A program made the translations under genes and the position numbers. DNA of 55,436 nucleotides from Spirogloea muscicola (taxonomy: Eukaryota): positions 1,554,242 through 1,609,677 of the forward strand of contig WELB01000004.1 in NCBI GenBank assembly GCA_009602725.1, read 5' to 3'. Positions 1-9,722 of the stretch are shown here, piece after piece. Positions within the stretch are counted from its first letter, which is position 1. The number at the start of each line of letters is the position of its first letter. The notes under the pieces are model-generated. The model had not been told where the DNA came from. It saw nothing but the letters and a program-made list of their open reading frames with translations, and did no database searches.

Positions 1-232
1 AGTACGAGTGAGGAGCCTCAGATCCGACAGACTAGCTGCCGGGAAGCTATCACCCTGACGAAAGCCAGAGCCCGCAGCGAGAGCACGGCCAGCTCGCAGA
101 TGCAGGGCGTGGGCCATGGACCGCTGCAGGGATACAGAGAGGCGCATCCGATATACCTGAGCCCACGAGCCCGCGGCGTTGAAGTCGGCTGGCTCGCCGC
201 GTCTGCGGGACACAGCTATCGTTCCGGCAGAG
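1..232 (-). mobile_element. 5'-truncated RLE non-LTR retrotransposon fragment (CRE-like), runs off window start
   Basis: Minus strand translates to ...RRRGEPADFNAAGSWAQVYRMRLSVSLQRSMAHALHLRAGRALAAGSGFRQGDSFPAASLSDLRLLTR, homologous to the ORF C-terminus of the copies at 2632-3172 and 54557-55310. Confidence 0.85.
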
Positions 233-1164
233 AGGGCTTGGACAGCTTTCCTGCTGGCTGCTTTGAGACTTGTCGTTGATGTCGTAGACTGTGAGCGCAA
301 GGCAAGCAAGTGCACTCTGTTCGAGGCGCTTGCAGGCTTGCCAGTTGGCTAGAAAGAGATGTAGACACTAATAGATGGAAGGGGCCGCATGCAGCTAAGG
401 GTCATACATGCGGGCTTTCATGTAGATTTGCCCACAAGCGACTGAATTTGTCTTCAGATCCTGAGATTTTGCATTCTGGAGGTAATCTAGATAATGCACA
501 TGAACATCCCTGCATTGCAAATTCACGAGCACCTGTCCATTTTCTTGGTAATTAATACGCAAGAGTATTGCAATCGTGAATTTTAAGCATGGCCTCAGCA
601 TGTCCTCGAGGAGCCACTATGCTACCGGCGAGCACTTCTGCAGTTGGGAGTAAGTGTGTTTGAGCTGCGCCAAAATAGTTTTTGCCTGTACTAGGAAACT
701 TATGACTTGCACTGAGCCAGGCCACTGGTTTCTGTGGCAATGCTCAGGCTCCCAAATGTAGCCAGTTCCTAATTGTTACAAGTAAAGACAGTCGGGCTTC
801 TGGTGGCCTCAAAGGTGGATTACTTGTCCATGGTCATTTAGGCTTCCATTTGCGGCCATGCTATGTACCATCATCAACGAGACCAGTGTTTGCCACCTCG
901 TTCTTGAGAAGCACTGTCCACGCTTCTGAGTGACTTTTGAAGCATTGCAGCAGGTGCTTGCAACTAGGCTGGCTAAGGCTTGTCTCAAGTCCTTGCCCTG
1001 ACATGCACGCCATGGCCAGCAGCACCCTCACGCAGGAAGCAGGAAGGGCTGGCAGGTCAGAAAGAAAGACTATTCCAGTAGACGGCGATAGCAGTGATTG
1101 GCGAGCCCAGGAAAAGTAATGGACAAATTCCGTAAGGGCAAGCGCTATGAGTAGTTAGCCGAGA

Positions 1165-1815
1165 TCGGACTCGGGAATTAGTGAGGGCCAAGAGAGAGGC
1201 ACAGCCCTGCTGCTGCCTGCTGCAGCAATCTGTAAAGTCTGCACCATGCTGCGCGGCCGTCGCTGCAGCCCGTTGCTACGGTCCACCGCCGGCTCTCTGT
1301 AAGAACCATTGCCGCGTCCCACGGGATACAGCTGCTGACTGGTGACCCTCAGTGAAGTCACTGCTGGTGGGGCCTCGGGTAAGACTTCCGCAGCGCTGTG
1401 CGCTGACGCTTCAAAGTGTAGTAGGGTTTGCCCCTTTATTTCCAGTGACGAAGCCAAGCAGGACACTCGACTCAGTCTGTGTGTACAGGTTACGTCTATG
1501 TAACAACTCAACCATTGTATACGCAGTCAAGGGTCAAGGGTCCTTTCTCTTTGGGTCCGGTCATAGGAGCTGTTTGGGGCACACCCTCCTACGCTCCTAA
1601 GTGAAGCGCCAGCGCTCACTGCGCAGCGGAAGTCTTACCCTGAGGCACCGCCAGCAGGCCGTGACTCTACTGAGGATCAGCAGCTGTCCGCATAAACGCA
1701 GCCTCAGTACTTACAGAGAGCCAGCGGTGGACCGCAGCGACGGGCTGCATCAACGGGCTGCAGAGCAGGCAGCAGCAAGGGTGTGCCTCTCTCTGGGCCT
1801 CACTGATCCGAACTC
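1165..1815. repeat. Diverged inverted repeat pair (~1165-1414 and ~1602-1815)
   Basis: The reverse complement of 1165-1414 aligns with 1602-1815 (shared blocks gcggaagtcttaccc, cttacagagagcc.gcggtggaccg.agc.acgggctgca, gcaggcagcagca.gg..gtgcctctctct). Both arms give YREPAVDRS(N/D)GL in the ORF track. Confidence 0.8.
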
Positions 1816-1879
1816 AAGCAGGATGCTCTGACTCTGAGGGCATGCCGCCTTCGCCACGCTTCAGCAGCAGCTGGCCTGA

Positions 1880-2377
1880 CGTCGGCCTGGCGGCCCGTAG
1901 CGAGGAGCGTATGTATGCCGATCATCCTGCTGGTGATGAATTCGCGGTACTTGCGGTCGACGTCCACGGGGCTTTCGGCAGTCGCTGGCTGGACCTCCTG
2001 CAGTGGCTGGCCCGGCAGGCCATCGATCGGCGGCCAGGTCAGCGAGTGGAGCTGCCCGGCTCTAACGCTGCCTGCTCACTTGCCCAGGTCTTCCGCATGC
2101 GGCTGTCAGTCTCTTTCCAGCGCTCCCTGGCTCACGCAGTCCACTTGGGAGCAGGCGGCTTCATGGCTGCCGCTTCTGGGGCTCGTCGGGGTGCCTCCTT
2201 TCCAGCTGCGAGTTACTCCGACTTGCTGCTGCTCACTCGTGGTTACTAAGCTTCCATCTGCACTGGTCTCGTGCATAGTTGCGTGGATTGGGCGCCTTTC
2301 GGCTCTTTGGACCTTGTCCATTCTTTTCAGGCTGGCCTTTCCCAGCCACCTTCTTCAATTGGGCGAGCTTCTTCTTT
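1880..2377 (+). mobile_element. 5'-truncated RLE non-LTR retrotransposon copy
   Basis: ORF 1842-2249 encodes ...ERMYADHPAGDEFAVLAVDVHGAFG...FRMRLSVSFQRSLAHAVH...SYSDLLLLTRGY*. It is followed by a 3' UTR with the conserved structure (2313-2367) and a CTTCTT tail. Confidence 0.88.
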
Positions 2378-2507
2378 GGCATTTACAGCCGCTCTTTTAC
2401 TATCGGCAGCCGCATTCGATTTCTCTTGGAAGCGTCTTATCTCGTGATACATACACCTGAGCGAGAGAGCCTGCTGCATTGAAGCTGCGTTGAAAGAGAG
2501 CCACTGA

Positions 2508-3172
2508 TGAAGAAAGTGCTCGCCCATTGAGAATAGGGGCTGGAACAACCAGCCCGAAAAAGAATGAACAGAGTACGAGAAGGGGGCCAGGGGAAGCGCT
2601 AAGTAACAGAAACAAAGCTGCTACGAGACACTCAGTAACCCCTGCTAAGCAGCCGCAGATCAGAGATGCTGGGCTCCTGGAAGTGGGTCCCCTGGCCAGC
2701 GCCAGAGGCAGCAGCGAGGGCTCTGCCGGCACGAAGGTGCAGCGCCCGGGCCATGGACCTCTGCAGCGAGACGGCCAGGCGCATTCGATACACTTGCGCC
2801 AGCGACCCGGCTGCAGGGAAGTCAACCGGCTCCCCATGGAAGCGCCGGGCGATGGTGTGGCGGGCGAGCTGGGTGAGCAGCTCGAGCCACCGAGCGCCCA
2901 GCGCCCCATGTGTGTCGATGGCCAACGGGAAGAACTCGTCTTCCCGCGGATGATCCGCGTACTTCAGCTCTTTGGCCCGAGCAGCGCAGGCGACCGCATA
3001 CCCAGCCGTGGTGGCACATTTGGCTGGGTGTGAGCGGTCATAGGCATCAGTAGTCACCACGTCCAGGAGAAGACGTGGCCCGCCGGCCTGTCGGGTGGCC
3101 ACCAGGTCTACACGCCTGGCATGGAGACCGTCGGCCCTGTGCTGATGGGTTTCCTCAAGCACTGCGTTCGAG
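2508..3172 (-). mobile_element. 5'-truncated RLE non-LTR retrotransposon copy with open nuclease-domain frame
   Basis: ORF 2632-3384 contains RRVDLV...LLLDVVTT...RAKELKYADH...FFPLAIDTHGALG...RMRLAVSLQRS...SDLRLLSRGY*, the PD-(D/E)xK-type RLE signature of CRE-like elements. 3' UTR structure and tail lie at 2508-2575. Confidence 0.88.
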
Positions 3173-3237
3173 TCCCGCCAGCCGGCCGGCCGAAGGTTCC
3201 GGACTTCTCCTGCTATATTTCCTTCCACCATAACGCG

Positions 3238-3790
3238 GGCCAATGAGGTCGTACCCAGAGAGCTCTGCGCCAATGAGAGGGCGCGTCCACCGCACGCGCG
3301 CAACCTCCCTCCTCCCTCCTCCACAGGCGATTCCTCCATGGGGCCGAAATAATCTGCCAGAATGGCAATCTGGGCAAGACCCACGGCAACGCAGCAGATA
3401 TCTACATCTGCAGATGCGCTTCCCTTACCTGTAGAAAATGGTGGCCACTGTCTCTCAATACAGGCCTTTACTCTATTGCCTCCCCCACGTCGCCGCGCCT
3501 GTCTCGCCGCCCCGCCCGCCGCCCCCCTTCGCCGCCGCTTGCAGCCAATTCGCTGTGCCGAGACGGCGCCGAGGTCACTTTCCCCGTTGGTTGTGGCCTC
3601 CGAGAACGCCGTCAGCCGCCGGCGGCCAGCGAGCCTGCCGCCAGTCGAGGCCTGGGGGCCTGCGCTGCGACGTTTAGTGCTGCGCCGCAGCTCCGCAATT
3701 CAGGGACTGTGGAAAGAGCCGTCGTTTGCCGCGCTCCCTCTATTGGCCAGCCAAGATTGCGCTCTTGGCGGGTGTAAGTAGTGATTGGAC
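3238..3790 (+). promoter_or_regulatory. GC-rich putative promoter of the DnaJ gene with several CCAAT boxes
   Basis: CCAAT at ~3240, ~3270 and ~3545, ATTGG at ~3742 and ~3784, within a GC-rich stretch upstream of ATG 3997. Function is inferred from position only. Confidence 0.3.
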
Positions 3791-3996
3791 TCAGAGGCGA
3801 CGTACTGCATGCGGCTGAGTGGCAGCGGCGTTGCCGCCACCTGCAGTCAGGCGGCCTAGCTCTCTTGGCCTCCCTTGGACCAAGCGGAAGCACTCGTGAG
3901 CAAGCAAGACGAAGTCACTTCACTGGTGCATCAAGCAGAAGACGGCCTCAGTTGCTAGTCATATGCGAAGAGCCTGAGAGACAAATTGCTGGCAAC

Positions 3997-6900
3997 ATGG
4001 AGCTACGGAGGCTGAAACCTTTCCGCCCCCTCGCTGGAGTCGTTGTCCTACTCTGCATATCCGCTTTGGCCGAAGCCAAGGACCTGTATAAGGTACCCTT
4101 ACAGTAGACTTCGGGTGCCGTTGCAGATTGAGTCTGTCACTGGATTTTTGTGGCGTCAGGTTGACTGTAATGTACAGGCGGCGCTGCTTGCAGTCCTGCA
4201 TTTGGACTGTCTTTGTTTGCTTACGGGTGTTTGCAATTTGCTCATTATCTTATTACGAAATGCGGCAGGTACTTGGAGTAGAAAAGGATGCCAGCGATCG
4301 AGACATCAAGAAAGCATACCACAAGTGAGCACAGCAATTGTTGCTGGCAATTGTTGCTATTGACACAGCACTGACAGCAGAAGGAGCCAATTGCCTGCAG
4401 CTATGTCTACGTGACTAGCTTCAGTCTCTGAGCTTTCCTAGTGTGCTCGGTACCATGTTTAGGACGGTGGCTTGTGTTTACATTGGGCGGCCAGCCACTT
4501 TCTGTCACTCTGATCACTGATCTTCATACACAATCCAGGCAATCGCTCAAGTATCACCCAGACAAGAATCCATCAAAGGCGGCGCAGACTAAATTCATGG
4601 AGATTAGCAACGGTGAGGGGAGCCAGGCTTTCTTTCTTTCACTCATACTGCAGTAGCAGTCATGAAGGGACAGTTGCTAATCATATCTCCTCATGCAGCC
4701 CTGAATTGCCAGCTAGTTACCTGGTTGGATATTTCAGAGTGCATAACGAGCAGCGCTGACGAGAGGATAGACTTGCCAGTTGAAGCACAAGCTCTTGGCT
4801 AGACATTTGAATGGCTCGCTGAAGGCACGGCTAGATTCTGGAAGCAGCCACTGCTGACTTTGAAGGAAAGCTGACAATAATCTCTGACCAAGAGTTGTGT
4901 GCAGCGTATGAGGTCCTGTCTGATGAGGATAAGCGGAAGCAGTATGACATGTTTGGCGAGGCTGGTCTACAGGGTGGACCAAGGACTGCAGGTTCGTTTG
5001 ACTCCACCCCTCCTCACTACACAAGCGCAACGGGGTGCTAAGGACCTGCATGCACACAGCTCAGTACAGCTTCAGCTTGGAAGGACACGTTGCTTCCGTA
5101 TCACAAGCTGCAAATCGGAAGTGAGATGGCGCTTGCTTCGATGGCACAGGCTCTGGCGGGCCAGGCAGGCAGCACCAACATCAGTACCACGAGCAGTCTG
5201 GCCATGGCTTCGGTGGCGGCTTCCCTGGCGGCAGCGCCTCCTTCAGCGCTGGCGACTTTGGCGGCTTCAGCAGCTTCTTTGGCGGCAGCGGTGGTGGTGG
5301 TGGCAAAGGCAGCAAGCGGTCGTTCCAGTTCGACTTTGGGAGTGGCGGCGGCATGGGGGGCCTGTTTGGCGACCTGTTTGGGCAGGCGGCCAGGGCCGGC
5401 CAGAGCAAGCAGCAGCGGCAGCACGCCCACAGCGGCCATCAGCATGACCACCAGGCGGGAGGAGGGTACGGCTTCCCTGACGAGCCCAGGGACGCGCTCA
5501 AGTCTGTCGCAGGCGCCGAGCAGCTCAACAAGGGCAGCTTTGGTGCCAAGGTGCTCAGCGATGAGCGCTCAGTGTGGCTGGTGCTCTTTCACGCGGGCGG
5601 GCTGCCCGAGGCTATAGCTCTCAAGGTGGCAGTGGAGGGCCTCGTCAGGAAGCTCAAGGGCATGGTCAAGGTACTGAAGTCATTGGAATGATTGTTGAGT
5701 GCCTACTCAATTAATGACCTGCCAGCTTGCATGCAGGCAACTCAGGCTTAGAAAGAAGGGAGAAGCCAATGTTGCGAGACTTGATGAGCACATTCAGAGA
5801 GCTCATGAGTTGCCTTGCAGTAGCAATTGTGCATAATGTTGAGACGTTGCTGGAGAAGAATCTTGGGGTGTTATCTATAAGTATGAGGCTGAAGCCCGAG
5901 TGGGCAGCTGCATCCTCTTCTTCTTTAGCTGCAATCGATTGCAAAATCTGCTGACACTTGATGCGCCATCTCGATAGGTTGGTGTTGTGGATTGTGGAGA
6001 GGATCGGGCCCTCTGTGCACAATACAATGGCTACGGCACTGACTTTGTGTTCCTGCTATTCCCGTACGGCGCCGGCAAAGGGGAGCCTCTGACCTATGTG
6101 GGCGCTGTGGATGTCGGTGAGTGGCAGCATCTGCACGCCATTAGAAAGTGCAAGAGATCTGATTTTAAGGTTGTTCGAGTGTCTTGGTCTCGTCCTGATG
6201 GAGGATCTGTGCAGCAGGTCTGTGACAGCTCTGTGACACTTCACTTCACTTCAAGTCCATTACCATTTCAATAGATAGTGTTCCCGGTAATTGTATCTGT
6301 ATCCTATGAGCATGTTCATTTGCTGATTGCTTAATGGCTCCTACTGATTGAGGCTGTTGTGGCCATCTCTGCTTGCAGACGCAATGAAGGAGTACTGCTT
6401 TACGCAGTTGCCCAACTTCTCAAAGCACAAAGATGTCGTTGCCATGGAAGACACATTGGCTCGACCCCTCTCCAAGGTGGCGCTTGCCGTCCTCTTCACG
6501 GACAAGCCTGAGACACCAGCACTTTGGCGGCACCTCAGTGGCGCCCTGCATGATGGCTTGCAGTTCATTGATGTTGAGGTACAGTGTTTATGGCAACTCT
6601 GCAGCCTCCCTTTTCAAGAGCTTTTCTTAGGAGTGCTTCTGAGGCAATAAGCTCAATCTGCTGTATGTATTGGTGACTGATGACTGAAAAGGTCAGCACA
6701 GTGCAGGCTTACTTTGTCACACACAAGCTTGTATTTGCCTGATCCAGGCCAAGGGGTTGAAGCTGAAAGCTGGCACTTGTTGAGACAGGTGGGCGGCGCA
6801 GTGGCTGCGAGCGCTGTGGCTACATCACATGGCGTGCATTCTGTCCCTGCCGTCATGGGGTTTCTGCCAGATGGGCGCCGTGTTCCTTTCTCCGGCGACC

Positions 6901-7651
6901 TGAAGCTGACGGCCCTACGGGAGTGGCTGGAGCAGCTTGCTGACCAGGGAAAAGGCTGCGCTGCTAGCGCTGGTGCCAGGCAGCAAGAGGCTGGTGAAAT
7001 ACCCTGGCTATCAGTTAAGAATTTTGAGGAGGTCTGCGGGTCAGGTGCGCAGGTCTGCATTGTGGCCCTCGTTGCCACAGCCCGCGCAGGTGATGGTGCA
7101 CGCCAACTCTTGGGCGAGGTAAGCATTTGTGTCAAAAACTTCAAGGGTAGCTTGCTTAGTGATTCATTCAAGCCATTGCAGAAACTACATCTGAAGCACA
7201 AGCGCAATGTAGCAAGTCACGCCGGTTGTGATGATTAGCACCTGAGCCAGCCATTTACTAATTGATCTGAACGATTTGAAGCTAGCCAATCGCTCGAATT
7301 GTAATAAAAATGCTGGGCAGCGCTGCTCTTGACAGCAAAGTCCTGACTGAGCTACATGGACAGGTATCTCAAACAAGCGGCAATGGTGTTGGCGGGCGGC
7401 GCTCGGTGGCTGTGATCCACTATGGCCTGGTGGATGCAGGCGTCCACCGTGCCTTGCTTCGGGCCTTCCCCGGCGTGACACCACCGCAGAAACCATCTCA
7501 GGTAGTTGTTGTAGCATACAAGGCCAAGCGACACCGGTACGCCGTACATGAGGGGGCCACCACGGTTGCTGCCTTGGGGAACTTTGTCTCTGCTGTGCTC
7601 GATGGTGATGTGCACTTCCAGAACGTCAACATAAATTTCAGGACCTTCTGA
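3997..7651 (+). CDS. ERDJ3A: ER DnaJ protein with thioredoxin-like domains (ERdj3A/TMS1-like), 9 exons
   Basis: Signal peptide (MELRR...LCISALAEA), J-domain [34 protein letters not shown]...[20 protein letters not shown]-rich region, then thioredoxin-like folds ([27 protein letters not shown]). GT-AG exons approx. 3997-4092, 4269-4324, 4539-4612, 4905-4991, 5150-5670, 5978-6116, 6379-6578, 6789-7118, 7364-7651. Confidence 0.88.
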
Positions 7652-8584
7652 CAGCAGGAATGTCTTAAAATCATTTAATTCATTCTTCCAAGCTTGCTGC
7701 ACGATTTTGCATGTGACTGTTGTTTGACTTCGGGGGCTTCCTTGGGAATGGCTTTCTGGCTGTGAATCTTGGCTTATGGGGACTCTGGGCATTTAAGTTC
7801 CAATGCTTGCAATGCAATTGCAGGGCTTGCTTGAAACTTGGCCAGTTTAAGGGTTCTGCAAATAGCGAATTTAATTAGAAAAAGAGGAGATAGAGCGGCG
7901 AAAGGAGATAGAGCGGCCCTGAAGTCTAGAGTTGTAGTCCATCTTTGAAAGAGAGGAGGAAGGTCACTCAGATGGGCTGGCTGCGCAAGATTATTTCAAG
8001 AAGAGCCACTGACTTTGGAATTGAGACCAGATCCAGGTGGTGATGATTCTCAAACAAGTACGTCAATGTGATTTTGGGGCAAGACAAGCACGTGCCACAC
8101 TGTCCCTGTTCAAATGTCAGCACCACCTATACTTAGTCAATGAAGGAGTCTCAGGAGCCTGACAGGCTCTGCCAAGGTGGCCTGACAAAGGCTTTGTCAA
8201 CATTGTCCCCTCATAAGTTGGACGTACCATAGTTAAGTCCTTCAAGAGTATGGATGAAGCCTAACTATGTATCCTCTTCACAATCAGACACTCTAGCCAG
8301 AGTATCTAACACAGACGCCATGAGTGAGATCTAGAATCAGCCCTAATGCCATAACGCCCTGTCAGCGCCCAGCAATGTCCGTTCCCATGGCATGCCATTC
8401 ATCTATTTCGTAGGCCTTACAGAAAAGCAGGCTCCTCACCTAAGGCCCTGCAAAGGTTTCCTTAACAGCGTGGCATGCGTTTCCTTAACAGCGTCATGCT
8501 GCTTCTCTGTAGACGGCCAACACTAGCAGCATCTGCTAATTCCCGATAACGGGATCCCTGCTGGCCCACTGGTTCCATCAAGCT

Positions 8585-9515
8585 TATTTCAGTCTTCTTT
8601 CTGGGCTGGCCAATCACAGCCATCGCCCTCTACTGGAAGAAAGTGGCTTTAAGACCTTTGTCAATTCTTTTTTGGGCTGGCTTTTTGCAGCCCTTGCCCC
8701 CATTGGGAGTGCCACTTCTTCTCCTCGTGGGTACTAAGCTTTAAGAATAGTTTCGTGTATTTGAAACAAACGAAGGCCAAATGGCCAAGTACAAAGGCAA
8801 GCACATCTGAAGACCTAATTAGAAGAAGAAGGCTCGCCCATACATAACCTACAGCAGATTGACCCGCTCAGTAACCACGGGTCAATACATAAAGGTTCGC
8901 TAACTGGCTTCAAGAGAGAATGCGCGCGGTGCGCATGGAATTGAATGGGAGGCCAATTCTAGCCTTACAAATGTCCTGTTAACTGGGTAATGAGCTGGCT
9001 AAGGGGGACACTAATACCCCCGAGTGAGCACATGGATATCTGACAAGCTATACTGAGGCGCCAAACCACCACCACGGAAGCCATTAGCCTTGTCTAATGC
9101 ACCACCAGCACGCTGGTGCATCGCGAGTGCCTGGGAGCGCTGTCGACTCGATGATAGCCGCATTCTATAGCGTGCAGACGATGGCTTGCGGGACGCTAGA
9201 ATGCCCAAATGCCCAAAGAGAGGCCAATTCTAGCCTTAATAGAAACAACTTTCTGGGCACTTGGGCGCCACTGGGAATCTGCCGTTTCTCCGACGGGCTG
9301 TTGCCGTGCCGCGCAGTCCTCGGCGGCGTCACCGTCACTCGGTGAGCGCCGCCGCGAAGCCCGCCGCGGCAGCCGGCGAGAAGCCCGGCGGCAACTGCGG
9401 GCGGCGGCCTGCCCGAGNGGCCAGCCCAAATAATGGACAAGGCCCAGGAGAGGGAAGCCGTGTTCATTCTTCTTGGGCTGGCCTTTCACAGCCACTGCCT
9501 TATATTTGACGAGCT
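8585..9515. mobile_element. Cluster of short RLE retrotransposon 3' fragments (+ array 8585-8760; - array 8821-9240; fragments 9419-9515)
   Basis: Repeated GGGCTGG..CAGCC 3' modules. Minus-strand ORF ends YRMRLSSSRQRSQALAMHQRAG...LSDIHVLTRGY* (9011-9170) and LANLYVLTRGY* (~8868-8905). Confidence 0.8.
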
Positions 9516-9722
9516 ATTTGCTTGAAGCTCCTCTCAGAAATAAAGGTACTCCATATGGTGAATCTATGACACTTTGTTGCAGCGCATGCAGCACTGAGCA
9601 TGAGTGTGACATTTCAAAGCTTTGAGTGCGATCGGAAACAGGAATTTTGTTGATCTTCTGTAAAGAGTGCCGGGCTCGGAAACAAGCTTCACAGCAGCAA
9701 GTAACTATTGCACGATGGCCAG

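Noticed and set aside
2313..2367. HDV-like ribozyme in the retrotransposon module
   Set aside because: The helices are nested rather than forming the double pseudoknot, no catalytic J4/2 motif is identifiable, and such ribozymes normally lie at element 5' ends.
3173..3384. N-terminal extension of ORF 2632-3384 as part of the element or a real gene
   Set aside because: Non-ATG start, lacks the CCHC/RHD motifs seen at the equivalent position in the 54.4-55.3 kb copy, and overlaps probable promoter DNA.
3238..3800. ER-stress element (CCAAT-N9/10-CACG) in the ERdj3A promoter
   Set aside because: CCAAT boxes are present, but none has a correctly spaced CACG.
8040..8165. C/D-box snoRNA (GTGATGA...CTGA)
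   Set aside because: No terminal stem or recognisable rRNA guide; compatible with chance.
7885..8498. Short direct repeats (aggagatagagcggc x2 at ~7885-7918; tttccttaacagcgt x2 at ~8457-8495)
   Set aside because: These are two-copy local duplications with no further structure. The first may be element tips, but it is too short to assign.
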